IMG/VR virus record: IMGVR_UViG_3300029849_000019
Span: 1-33,303 of that record
Strand: one strand, 5' to 3'
DNA: 33,303 nt
Source: a virus
Part shown: one piece after another, positions 14,969 through 22,686 of the stretch
Layout of the letters: each line of letters opens with the position of its first letter
Position numbering within the stretch: position 1 is the first letter of the stretch
Translations under genes and position numbers: made by a program
Notes under the pieces: model-generated
Told to the model about the DNA's origin: nothing
The model's input: only the letters and a program-made list of their open reading frames with translations
Databases searched by the model: none

Positions 14969-16573
14969 TTAATTATTAACTGCGATTAACGTAACGTTCG
15001 CATTTCCTGTTGATGGGTCCCAATTGCTTATCGTTCGGAGGTAAAACCAGTAGTTAAGCTCACCTACGAAGTAAAGCGCGTCGGACTTCATTTTCTGTAT
15101 ATCAAAATACGATAGGTTCATTTTTGCCGTCACCTGCCACCCGGGGGAGAAACGGTAGTAGTGCCCTGCTATCGTTGCACGGTAACCGCTCGCACGGTTG
15201 AAATAGTTATCGGGTACGTACGAGCCTGCCAACCTAATCATAGAGGCATATGGTCTAGGTGCACCGGGGTCTACCGGGAACGCGCTCTCGCCTACTGTCT
15301 CCTGCACAGATATGGCACCGCCGTAACCGCCTACCGTCTGTTTGATTGAGCCTACCTGCACCGCGTATGTCCTTGCCGCGCCGGGGGTTTCCGATACTTC
15401 AATGCTTGATTTGTCAATTTTCCCCGTCCAGTCGACCCGGTACGTAGAACTCGAAGACGGGTTGATAAATGGCTTGAGCTTCAGCGCAAACGGTTTGGAC
15501 TTGAATTCATACGTCCAGCAAAACGCTTTGCAGAACGCCTGCACAATCCCGAAAGGTGTATCTATGCCCATTGTCTCTACTAAATCCCAAGCATACTTCG
15601 GGGCTGTAGCCGAATTAATCTTGAACGAGATGTAATACGCTTCTGCATTCGGCACGGTGGAAATTGGCGTTATCGAATATACCGTAGACGAAGCGGAGGT
15701 AGTGAAGCCGAAGTTCAAATCGCGTGTCGGTCTTGGCGTAACCAAACAAGACGTAGAACCCGGGCTTACCGGGCTGTACTTGTAGTTGCCATCGGGTCTT
15801 ACCGCGCCGCGCTGAAACGGCAAAGTGAATGTACCGCCGTTGCTTCTAAGATAAACCGTAGCAGGAGCAGAAGGTGGGAGAACTATAAACGAATCGTCGG
15901 TAAACCTTAAATCGAATTTCGAACCAGTCATGTAGGTAAAACACGTGGCTACCTCGTTGTTCTCCGCTATCATGTAGTTGGCTGCATATACGGAGCCGTC
16001 CAGTCCGTCGTGCGCGCCTTTAAAAACTAATTGGCTCTCCGCGTCCTTGTAGTCCCCCGCCGTTTTAGTTACCCGGTCTGCGATGTATGACATAAGCAAG
16101 GGCGTTGACCCGTTCGCCGCGTATATCGTAGGTATAGTAACGCCGTTCGGGTACGCGTAATTAAGGCTATCTATATACGTTGAAAACTGATATGCTGGTG
16201 TTTCCAATTTAGGTAGGGCAACCACCGGGGCGCGCAATGTCGAAAGCTTCGATATGTTTTCTATCAGTTCGAGGCTATACCCGTCCTCATCTGCCGTTAC
16301 CCGTACACGGAACAAACCGCTACCGAACGGAATATTGAAGCCCCCGAAATGCAACTCTGCACGGTACGGGGATGTCCTTATGAACTTCCCCGGGAAACGC
16401 TCGGAACGGAATACCCGGTCATTAACTTCTGAACGCGGTATGTTGATTGCCCCGGAGTAACTGACCGTTTGCTCCGTGAACTTCAAAGGGTCCGGGTTGT
16501 TGATAGTCAGCTTCACCGAGTTAGCGGTTACACCGTCTATCACTTCGCCATTAATTCGTATTGTTAAATCCAT
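14969..16573 (-). CDS. Tail / baseplate-like structural protein (534 aa)
   Basis: Large beta-rich ORF adjacent to the tape-measure-like gene. The N-terminus LTIRINGEVIDG is reminiscent of distal tail proteins. Confidence 0.4.
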   Translation of the reverse strand: MDLTIRINGEVIDGVTANSVKLTINNPDPLKFTEQTVSYSGAINIPRSEVNDRVFRSERFPGKFIRTSPYRAELHFGGFNIPFGSGLFRVRVTADEDGYSLELIENISKLSTLRAPVVALPKLETPAYQFSTYIDSLNYAYPNGVTIPTIYAANGSTPLLMSYIADRVTKTAGDYKDAESQLVFKGAHDGLDGSVYAANYMIAENNEVATCFTYMTGSKFDLRFTDDSFIVLPPSAPATVYLRSNGGTFTLPFQRGAVRPDGNYKYSPVSPGSTSCLVTPRPTRDLNFGFTTSASSTVYSITPISTVPNAEAYYISFKINSATAPKYAWDLVETMGIDTPFGIVQAFCKAFCWTYEFKSKPFALKLKPFINPSSSSTYRVDWTGKIDKSSIEVSETPGAARTYAVQVGSIKQTVGGYGGAISVQETVGESAFPVDPGAPRPYASMIRLAGSYVPDNYFNRASGYRATIAGHYYRFSPGWQVTAKMNLSYFDIQKMKSDALYFVGELNYWFYLRTISNWDPSTGNANVTLIAVNN

Positions 16574-16577
16574 ATTG

Positions 16578-17597
16578 TTAAGGTTCTATAATTTCAAACT
16601 TGCATTTAAACGCTGCTACTCGTCCCGTCGCACCGCCTTGTATGTTCAGAGCGTTTGGGTTCTGTATTGTAACGCGTGCCCACTGGTTAGTAGCTAAAGG
16701 GAATACTCCGGCAACCTCGCCCGAACGTGAAAGCCAGTACAGCGCGTTTTGGTTATCATCCGTTACTACTACGTTTATCGTAACGTCGTAGGATAGCACG
16801 CGGTTGCCTCCTGTGAAGTTAACCAAGTAAGTAGGCACAATGCGGTATTGGTCAAAATACATCGTATCATACGCCCCTTTGCTGTTAAGCCATCGAAGCG
16901 TTACCCGTTTTTTAGGGTCTGGGCAATACGGGTATTTACGTTCAAAACGTGCGTAGCCCCATACGTTGGCATCGTTTGAGGTTCTAAACTCTATGGTTGG
17001 TATGTTTCCGCCATTCCAGACTGTAGTCATCGCCCAAGCATAGGATTTTTCAGCGCCACCATTCCTGGCCCGTAGTCTACCGTCCGCGTTTGCCGTAAGC
17101 TGTCCGTATCTCAAGGCAAAGTTAAACGGTGTGCCCGTTAACGGGCTGTTAAGGAACGAGGCACAACTAAAGTCCAATTGGTTAAACAGCCCGTTTCTGT
17201 AGTCCGATAGGTTGCGCGTGTTCGCCTGCGATGCAAACCGTCCATCCGCTACGGGGGATTGAATTACTCGCATAGCGATAGATTTCAATGTACCCTCCAC
17301 GTATTGTATTCGCACCATGTCCACGAAATCAATAAACCCCAAGCCTGCGTTGATGCTCTCCATTATACTCGGTGTGGCTGCTGCCATCAGCGACATATCC
17401 AATACCGCGCCCTCGTATGGGGTAACAACAGCCGCTGTCTTTGCGGCCCCATTACGTGAAAAGATTAGGGCTATACTCGTAACCGAGGCGACCTGCTCCA
17501 GGCGTATAGGGCGATAGAGACCTGCGCCGATGCCGCCGATGTAGATCATTCCGTCTTCCGTTGCCGTTTGGCCGGTTAATAGATTTCGTATAATCAT
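16578..17597 (-). CDS. Tail structural protein (339 aa)
   Basis: ORF with an ATGA overlap to its upstream neighbour, beta-rich composition and a structural context. Confidence 0.4.
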   Translation of the reverse strand: MIIRNLLTGQTATEDGMIYIGGIGAGLYRPIRLEQVASVTSIALIFSRNGAAKTAAVVTPYEGAVLDMSLMAAATPSIMESINAGLGFIDFVDMVRIQYVEGTLKSIAMRVIQSPVADGRFASQANTRNLSDYRNGLFNQLDFSCASFLNSPLTGTPFNFALRYGQLTANADGRLRARNGGAEKSYAWAMTTVWNGGNIPTIEFRTSNDANVWGYARFERKYPYCPDPKKRVTLRWLNSKGAYDTMYFDQYRIVPTYLVNFTGGNRVLSYDVTINVVVTDDNQNALYWLSRSGEVAGVFPLATNQWARVTIQNPNALNIQGGATGRVAAFKCKFEIIEP

Positions 17598-18034
17598 TGC
17601 TTTTTAGTTAAAATGGTTAATATTTCCGCCCTTACTATCCGGGACACCTCTACTGTGATACGCTGCACCATCTCGGGGGTTAGTATAGAGCTTGCTACGC
17701 CGCCTTCGTTGTGCTCGTTGGGTACTTTAATACCGTCGCGCTTGATAACGTATGCTATCGCGTATGCCGCTTCTTCGGGTATGTCCGTACCGGCGTTCGC
17801 GTTCTTGTCTTTTATCCATTGCTTAATGGCAGAAACGGGTGGGAAGCTACCCGCCGCCCTTCCGTCTTCCATCTGATAGATGTATGCCGGGCTTTCTATC
17901 TTAACGCCGCCTGCATACTCTACCACTTCTGTTTCTCTGTCGAAGCGACCCGAGGCATTAAGTCTCATGCGATAGTAGTTAGCTACTATCTCGTCGCGTA
18001 TCTGCCTAACTAATTGGGTAACTTCCTTGTTCAT
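17594..18034 (-). CDS. Putative neck / head-tail joining protein (146 aa)
   Basis: Size and position. There is a weak resemblance to gp10-like proteins (AYIYQMEDGR). Confidence 0.35.
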   Translation of the reverse strand: MNKEVTQLVRQIRDEIVANYYRMRLNASGRFDRETEVVEYAGGVKIESPAYIYQMEDGRAAGSFPPVSAIKQWIKDKNANAGTDIPEEAAYAIAYVIKRDGIKVPNEHNEGGVASSILTPEMVQRITVEVSRIVRAEILTILTKKQ

Positions 18035-18036
18035 AG

Positions 18037-18384
18037 TTAAATATACTTAAACCAGCTAAAATGTTTCCTTGTCTTTGGGTATTCCACATCGTGCTCGTTG
18101 CCGTAGGCTTCCCTCTCAAAACTCATGCGGTCGTATGGCTTATCGTTCGGGTAAAACGGATTCTTCTTCTCAAAGCTCCAGCCGATGAATTTAATGAAGT
18201 ACTCAATACCATACCACAAGTAAAACGGCACGTACAGCATCTCGCGCATTTGCATCGTGTGGATGTGCTCGTGTCTTAACGTCTTTTCGCTAATTACCGC
18301 GTTACCACGTACGAAGAGAACTCCGAATAGGTTAATAGCCTTGAAGCCCTTAACAGGGATAAAGTTGTTTCTGATGATTTTCAT
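18037..18384 (-). CDS. Small HExxH zinc-metallopeptidase-like protein (115 aa), moron-like insert
   Basis: Motif LRHEHIHTMQMRE (HExxH) preceded by FGVLFVRGNAVIS, which is DUF4157-like. It has an aromatic hydrophobic stretch and its own TAnnTTTG promoter inside the structural operon. Confidence 0.55.
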   Translation of the reverse strand: MKIIRNNFIPVKGFKAINLFGVLFVRGNAVISEKTLRHEHIHTMQMREMLYVPFYLWYGIEYFIKFIGWSFEKKNPFYPNDKPYDRMSFEREAYGNEHDVEYPKTRKHFSWFKYI

Positions 18385-18408
18385 GTTCTTTGGCTTTTAA
18401 ACAGTGCA

Positions 18409-18445
18409 CAAAAGTACGAAGTAAACCACGAGAAAACAAACGGTA
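18409..18445 (-). promoter_or_regulatory. Promoter of the HExxH gene
   Basis: Minus strand reads GTTTG-N20-TACTTTTG. This fits the Bacteroides -33 TTTG / -7 TAnnTTTG arrangement, 24 nt upstream of ATG 18384. Confidence 0.55.
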
Positions 18446-18451
18446 TTAAGT

Positions 18452-18856
18452 TCACACCCCGTACTTGTACGCATCAAACGTTGCCTCCCATCCCGATTTA
18501 ATAGTGTCGTACTGGTTCTGCACTTTAGCGATGCGCAGCGAGCCAATCTCGTATCCGCATATGAAGCTCTTGAGCATCTCGTGCAAAAGCAGGTCTGTGC
18601 GTATCAGAGTGGCTATCTCTACTGCGTCGTCTCGCATATAAGCCGATGTACCCATGCAGCGAATGACAACCGTGTATGCGCTTGACCCCGGCACGTTCGT
18701 ATCCGTATAGCTTCCAGTCGTTACGTCAAGCGTAAAAAAGTCGTCACTCAATTCGTTAGCCGCTACATTCTGTACGGCGGTATCTCCGAATACCAGCGTT
18801 TTGCCCAGTGCCGTAGCCCGGGCGTTCGCTGTGTTAATTATTGTCTCAAAAGTCAT
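18452..18856 (-). CDS. Hypothetical virion protein (134 aa)
   Basis: ORF packed within the structural operon. Confidence 0.5.
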   Translation of the reverse strand: MTFETIINTANARATALGKTLVFGDTAVQNVAANELSDDFFTLDVTTGSYTDTNVPGSSAYTVVIRCMGTSAYMRDDAVEIATLIRTDLLLHEMLKSFICGYEIGSLRIAKVQNQYDTIKSGWEATFDAYKYGV

Positions 18857-18858
18857 AG

Positions 18859-19470
18859 CTATCTGTTTTTCATTTGTTGTTTCTTCATTTCTCGCTTCTC
18901 CTTCTCTATCTCGTCGTTACGTTTGGCGATAGCCAGCATAGCGTCTGAATAGTTGATTTGCTTTGCATCCTCAAAGCTACAGTGGAAAAGCTCGGCGGTA
19001 ATCTGCACAAGTCCGAGTAGGTTCTTTGCCTGCTTAATGTTCTCGTCACCCGTCAATGCGCTTTCGCCCGTCTGCTTCATGTTCTGAAACACGATTTGTT
19101 CGAGGCCGTCCGCGATTTCCATTTGCGACACGATGAACTTATCGAGCTTCGCAGCGTCGAGAATTGTCTCGGCTTCATAGTTGTCATCAGTCCACGCCTT
19201 GATACGCCCGTTTGCGTCCTCCGCACGGCGCGTTTCAAGCATAGACCATAGAGTTATACCCTCGACGTCTCTAAGTCTGTACACGGCTTTCCCGTTGCGC
19301 GTAGCGACTTGTGAAGGTCTACAGTACTTTATCATATCTTTGAGTAGCTTCTCCTCGTCCTTGGTAATTCGGACGGTTCCGTTTGCCGGTAGGTTAGCGA
19401 CTCGTAATAAAACCTTCCGGTTGTTAATCGCTGATATGCGATATATCCACTTCAAAATAAACTTTTTCAT
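18859..19470 (-). CDS. Hypothetical protein (203 aa) directly after terL
   Basis: Its ATG shares one base with the terL stop (TAATG). The C-terminus is a K/E-rich helix. Confidence 0.5.
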   Translation of the reverse strand: MKKFILKWIYRISAINNRKVLLRVANLPANGTVRITKDEEKLLKDMIKYCRPSQVATRNGKAVYRLRDVEGITLWSMLETRRAEDANGRIKAWTDDNYEAETILDAAKLDKFIVSQMEIADGLEQIVFQNMKQTGESALTGDENIKQAKNLLGLVQITAELFHCSFEDAKQINYSDAMLAIAKRNDEIEKEKREMKKQQMKNR

Positions 19471-20615
19471 TATTTGGGTCTGTATTTACGTATCAAGAAG
19501 TCCACACCGTAACGGAGCGCGTCGAGCGCGTGGTTCCACGCGTCTATGGCTTCGTTGGTGTATGTGTCCGATACTTCGTCCTTAATCCATTTGTAATTAT
19601 CCAACTCGTCAAGCAGCTTAACGGAACGCTTTGTTACGTGCAGCTTGAACTGCTTCACCTGGGCGATGCCAGCTGCCACAGAGCCGCGCCCCTTGACACA
19701 CGGTATTGCCTTGATACGCTTCTGCTGTAGCTCCACGATGCTCTTTTGCTCTGCACTATCGCACACCGTTATCACGCGGTTCAGTGCGTTGGCGTTCAAG
19801 TAGTCCGCTATATGGCTGTTAAGCAAGCCTTGTTCATAGCAAAGTAGGTCTACGTATAAGTCCCAGCCTTCCATACGTATGTCGACAATCGCGGTGGGGT
19901 CATTCACGAAACCGAAGTCAAGCCCCAGGCACCTACCCGTAAACGTCTCGGGCATGTCTTCGATAACTTCATACTCGGGGTAAACGTTACCCTCTACGCC
20001 GCCCGTCAAGCCCTCACCGTACACGCGCCACCAATTGGCATCGTCCTTGTTCTTCTCGATGGCTGCGACTTGCTCGGGGGTCAAGTACGGGTTATCCTTG
20101 TACGTCGAATGTATCGTGGTGTATCTGTCACCTACGAACTCGGTCTCGCCCCAAAACTTCCGTACCGGGTTATAATCGATAATAACCTTTTTACGGGTAC
20201 GGATATCGAGTTGCCTAAAGATTTCCCGGGGTATGCCTTGTGCCTCGTTTACGAAAAGGATATCACGTGCCGGGCCGTGCACCTTCCCGGCGTTATCACA
20301 CGAGAAGAACTCTATTATTGTGCCGTTCGGGTATTCGTATGTACTTTCCGTTTTATTAAATCGGCTCTCGTCCCAATACCCCTCGGCTGCCACCATGGCT
20401 TTAAAGTCACGTAGCATACCGCGCTTAACCATAGGGAACGTAGCCGCTACGCACGAGATAACGAGCGGTTGTGGATTGCTTAATGCCAGTATGTGCAACA
20501 TCTGTAGGGTTGCCCATGTCTTACCGCTACGTGTACCGCCTTTAGAGGCGACACCGCGTATCTTCGGGTCTATGAAAGCTGCCAGTAGCTTTTCAAAAGT
20601 AAATGTAACGTTCAT
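19470..20615 (-). CDS. terL: Terminase large subunit
   Basis: Walker A GGTRSGKTWATLQ, a size and layout typical of small PBSX/Terminase_3-type TerL, and a position directly after terS. Confidence 0.85.
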   Translation of the reverse strand: MNVTFTFEKLLAAFIDPKIRGVASKGGTRSGKTWATLQMLHILALSNPQPLVISCVAATFPMVKRGMLRDFKAMVAAEGYWDESRFNKTESTYEYPNGTIIEFFSCDNAGKVHGPARDILFVNEAQGIPREIFRQLDIRTRKKVIIDYNPVRKFWGETEFVGDRYTTIHSTYKDNPYLTPEQVAAIEKNKDDANWWRVYGEGLTGGVEGNVYPEYEVIEDMPETFTGRCLGLDFGFVNDPTAIVDIRMEGWDLYVDLLCYEQGLLNSHIADYLNANALNRVITVCDSAEQKSIVELQQKRIKAIPCVKGRGSVAAGIAQVKQFKLHVTKRSVKLLDELDNYKWIKDEVSDTYTNEAIDAWNHALDALRYGVDFLIRKYRPK

Positions 20616-20618
20616 GCT

Positions 20619-21245
20619 CTAAATGCCTCCTAACTTTTGTAGGTTCTTCACCGCATCCTCGGAAAGTACGTTTACCTGCATAGCCTTTGTGCCGGCTTCC
20701 TTACCGTTGCTTGTAACGTCTTTAAGGTCTCGTAGTCCTCGAAGCCTCGCCATGTAATTGGCATCTACCACACCGGCAAGCGCGCTTTCGTCCATATCGG
20801 TTGCTATGAGTTCGGCGATAAGAGCGTACCCGGTCAAGAGGTTGGCCGCGTCTTCGTTCCCATCGTCTGCCAGCTTTTCGAGTCGTGCGCCATTCTTCTT
20901 GAACGCTTGCAAAGTCCACCCGATGAAAAGGCAGAAGCCGCCAAGCGATGGTGCGCGTTTCTTTTCTATAGGTACCTTTTGCCCGGCTGCGTTCCCACCC
21001 TTTAGGACTTCATAAATAATGAACGGGTTTTGCGCGCAAAAGTTCATGTACTCGGCTACGTAATCTACACACTCCTCGACGGTAGACAACGTAGCGCCTT
21101 TACAACCGCGCGTCTGCACGATTTCATAAAGTTCTTTGCACTTCTTCAAATCGTCTTTGGGGACCGGGGCTTTGCCCGTCGCTTGTCCCTTGGTAATTGC
21201 CGCTTTCGTATCGGGGGCGGCTTCCTTCTTTGCTCTTCCTGCCAT
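20619..21245 (-). CDS. terS: Terminase small subunit
   Basis: K-rich N-terminus. APSLGGFCLFIGWTLQAF resembles the helix-turn-helix core of small terminases (PtxxGlalxLG). It lies immediately upstream of terL. Confidence 0.7.
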   Translation of the reverse strand: MAGRAKKEAAPDTKAAITKGQATGKAPVPKDDLKKCKELYEIVQTRGCKGATLSTVEECVDYVAEYMNFCAQNPFIIYEVLKGGNAAGQKVPIEKKRAPSLGGFCLFIGWTLQAFKKNGARLEKLADDGNEDAANLLTGYALIAELIATDMDESALAGVVDANYMARLRGLRDLKDVTSNGKEAGTKAMQVNVLSEDAVKNLQKLGGI

Positions 21246-21274
21246 AGTCTGTTTGTTATTTGGTAATAGGGTAT

Positions 21275-21314
21275 CGCGCGTGTGCGCTCGCGGTCTCTTA
21301 AAGAGATGCGCGAG
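21275..21314. promoter_or_regulatory. GC-rich double hairpin block between the iterons and terS
   Basis: GCGC-GTGT-GCGC (21276-21287), then CTCGCG-G-TCTCTT-A-AAGAGA-TG-CGCGAG (21287-21314). The block stands out in an otherwise AT-rich spacer. Confidence 0.6.
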
Positions 21315-21324
21315 TAGTATTCGG

Positions 21325-21429
21325 ACTATCCCAGTATTGGGACGGCTCGGACTTCACGGACTATCCCAGTATTGGGACGGCTCGGACTTCACGGACTATC
21401 CCAGTATTGGGACGGCTCGGACTTCACGG
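21325..21429. repeat. Three perfect tandem 35-bp iterons (ACTATCCCAGTATTGGGACGGCTCGGACTTCACGG)
   Basis: Copies at 21325, 21360 and 21395 are identical base for base, with partial degenerate copies at both ends. Each contains the TCCCA-GTAT-TGGGA mini-palindrome. Confidence 0.95.
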
Positions 21430-21456
21430 ACGATACCTCGCAGTTCGTATCAACTG

Positions 21457-21520
21457 CTTTGGTTCTTTTCAATCATGGCACAAAGGTAGGCAACAAATCA
21501 CATCAGACCAACCTACGGTC
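21457..21520 (-). promoter_or_regulatory. Putative late-block promoter with an early-box copy just downstream
   Basis: Minus strand reads GCCTACCTTTGTGCC (TAnnTTTG at 21481-21488), then 10 nt later GAAAAGAACCAAAG (21457-21470). Confidence 0.45.
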
Positions 21521-21617
21521 AGTTAGGCCTTTTTCTACAAATAAAGTTTACAAATAAATTATATTTACATTATTTCTTATGTGTACACAGCAACTACCTG
21601 TCTCACTGAACGTTACA

Positions 21618-21826
21618 AGCACCTGCACAGACACACACTTTTTTTTCTAAACTTATATTTAGAGAATAGTATATTTTGTATCCTCCAAAATACACTTTTC
21701 TCAAAAATAATGTTTTACCCTCTTTTTACTGTGCATCTGTGTATTTACATATAATATATTATAATATAAGGAGTTAGACTGCACAGTAACCTGCACAGTA
21801 GTGATTTTTTACTGTGCAGCTGTGCA
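21618..21826. repeat. Twin intergenic element, copy B
   Basis: Aligns with 4897-5116. Heptamers start at 21624, 21729, 21737 (degenerate), 21780, 21792, 21812 and 21820. The palindrome ATAATATATTAT is at 21751-21762. Confidence 0.85.
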
Positions 21827-21859
21827 TAAAATATGTTAATTTTAGGGCCTCTTTTTTTC

Positions 21860-21909
21860 TGAATATAAACAAAAGCCCAAATCTGACATTTTGTAATCAG
21901 ATTTGGGCT
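21860..21909 (-). terminator. Rho-independent terminator ending the early block
   Basis: 13-bp stem AGCCCAAATCTGA/TCAGATTTGGGCT with a 10-nt loop, followed on the minus strand by TTTTGTTTATATT. Confidence 0.75.
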
Positions 21910-21990
21910 AATCGCTATCATTTGGTTTGTCCATAGGCTTTCGTAGAGGGCACTATCATACTGCTAACTCCTATAGGTAAACCGCTTTCA

Positions 21991-22386
21991 TTATGTCAAT
22001 TTCCACCCGAGCGAAGACCTATACCAATACCACGTTTGAACCGTTCCATTCTTGAACGTAGACACCCTTTTTATTCTTCCCCGGGCGTCTATTCCGTAGG
22101 TTCTCGTTATGTCCTGCTCGTTTCTTTTCTCCTCTGCGAGGCGTGCCTCATCTCTGATAAGATACTGCCTTTTATTTATGGGCTGCTTATACGTGAAGTC
22201 TTGGGCTGCTACATACTTTGCCAGCTTATCAATCCATCCGTTGCAAAGCTGGGCTTCCACATAACCGCGCCCGTACTTATCCTTTGTCACCCCGGCGGTA
22301 TATCCGTACCTCCGTATGAATTCCCATATAATGAAGGCATGGCAGTTGAGGCATACCGCTATATCCATAAAACTAACTTTCTTCAT
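21991..22386 (-). CDS. Hypothetical protein (131 aa), last gene of the early block
   Basis: ORF that is W/Y/R-rich. The start is uncertain (22386 or 22368). Confidence 0.5.
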   Translation of the reverse strand: MKKVSFMDIAVCLNCHAFIIWEFIRRYGYTAGVTKDKYGRGYVEAQLCNGWIDKLAKYVAAQDFTYKQPINKRQYLIRDEARLAEEKRNEQDITRTYGIDARGRIKRVSTFKNGTVQTWYWYRSSLGWKLT

Positions 22387-22657
22387 GTACGATGTCTTTA
22401 AGTCTTATATACTTGTAATATGCCCCGGCTCGTGGCTTCTTCATAAACACGTCTCCACTGCCCGCGCTCTTTGAGTCTTCGGGCATGCTCCATGCGCTCA
22501 CCCCGTACGCCACACTTTCATGCACTTCGGCTATAATCACGTCTTTTAAGCTCGTGTAACCCACTAATCTAATACCGATAAGGTATCCCACCTCATCGAC
22601 CACTGCGGCTGTCCTGTCGCCCCATTTAAGCTTATGGGGTAACTTTGGCTCCTTCAT
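22373..22657 (-). CDS. Hypothetical protein (94 aa)
   Basis: ORF with an ATG. Confidence 0.5.
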   Translation of the reverse strand: MKEPKLPHKLKWGDRTAAVVDEVGYLIGIRLVGYTSLKDVIIAEVHESVAYGVSAWSMPEDSKSAGSGDVFMKKPRAGAYYKYIRLKDIVHEES

Positions 22658-22686
22658 ATCGAACTAATTTTTTGTTAAACACTCCA

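Noticed and set aside
12450-14979. Long plus-strand ORFs (13138..13665, 13831..14445, 14485..14979) and similar ones elsewhere (5796..6293, 7444..7896, 10621..11172, 20233..20622, 26740..27222, 31469..31864 and others)
   Set aside because: Each lies fully inside a longer minus-strand gene with a recognisable function or context. Their products are Ser/Ala/Cys/Phe-rich, as expected for antisense shadow frames. None has a TAnnTTTG promoter or an A-rich leader.
14969-17597. Diversity-generating retroelement targeting the tail proteins
   Set aside because: No reverse transcriptase ORF is present anywhere in the genome, and I noticed no template/variable repeat pair.
20722-20919. Short minus-strand ORFs in alternative frames inside genes (20722..20919, 7517..7708, 10749..10934, 30408..30626, 31782..31973)
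   Set aside because: They are completely nested in longer, functionally recognisable ORFs on the same strand. They are Arg/Ser/Thr-rich and have no start context.
21321-21431. Possible CRISPR array
   Set aside because: The 35-bp units are directly abutting with no spacers, there are only three copies, and there are no cas genes.
21136-21557. Plus-strand ORFs 21136..21489 and 21372..21557 with repetitive peptides (GLHGLSQYWDGSDFTD)
   Set aside because: They are artefacts of reading through the 35-bp tandem iterons and the terS antisense strand. The repeat period is not a multiple of 3 and there are no translation signals.
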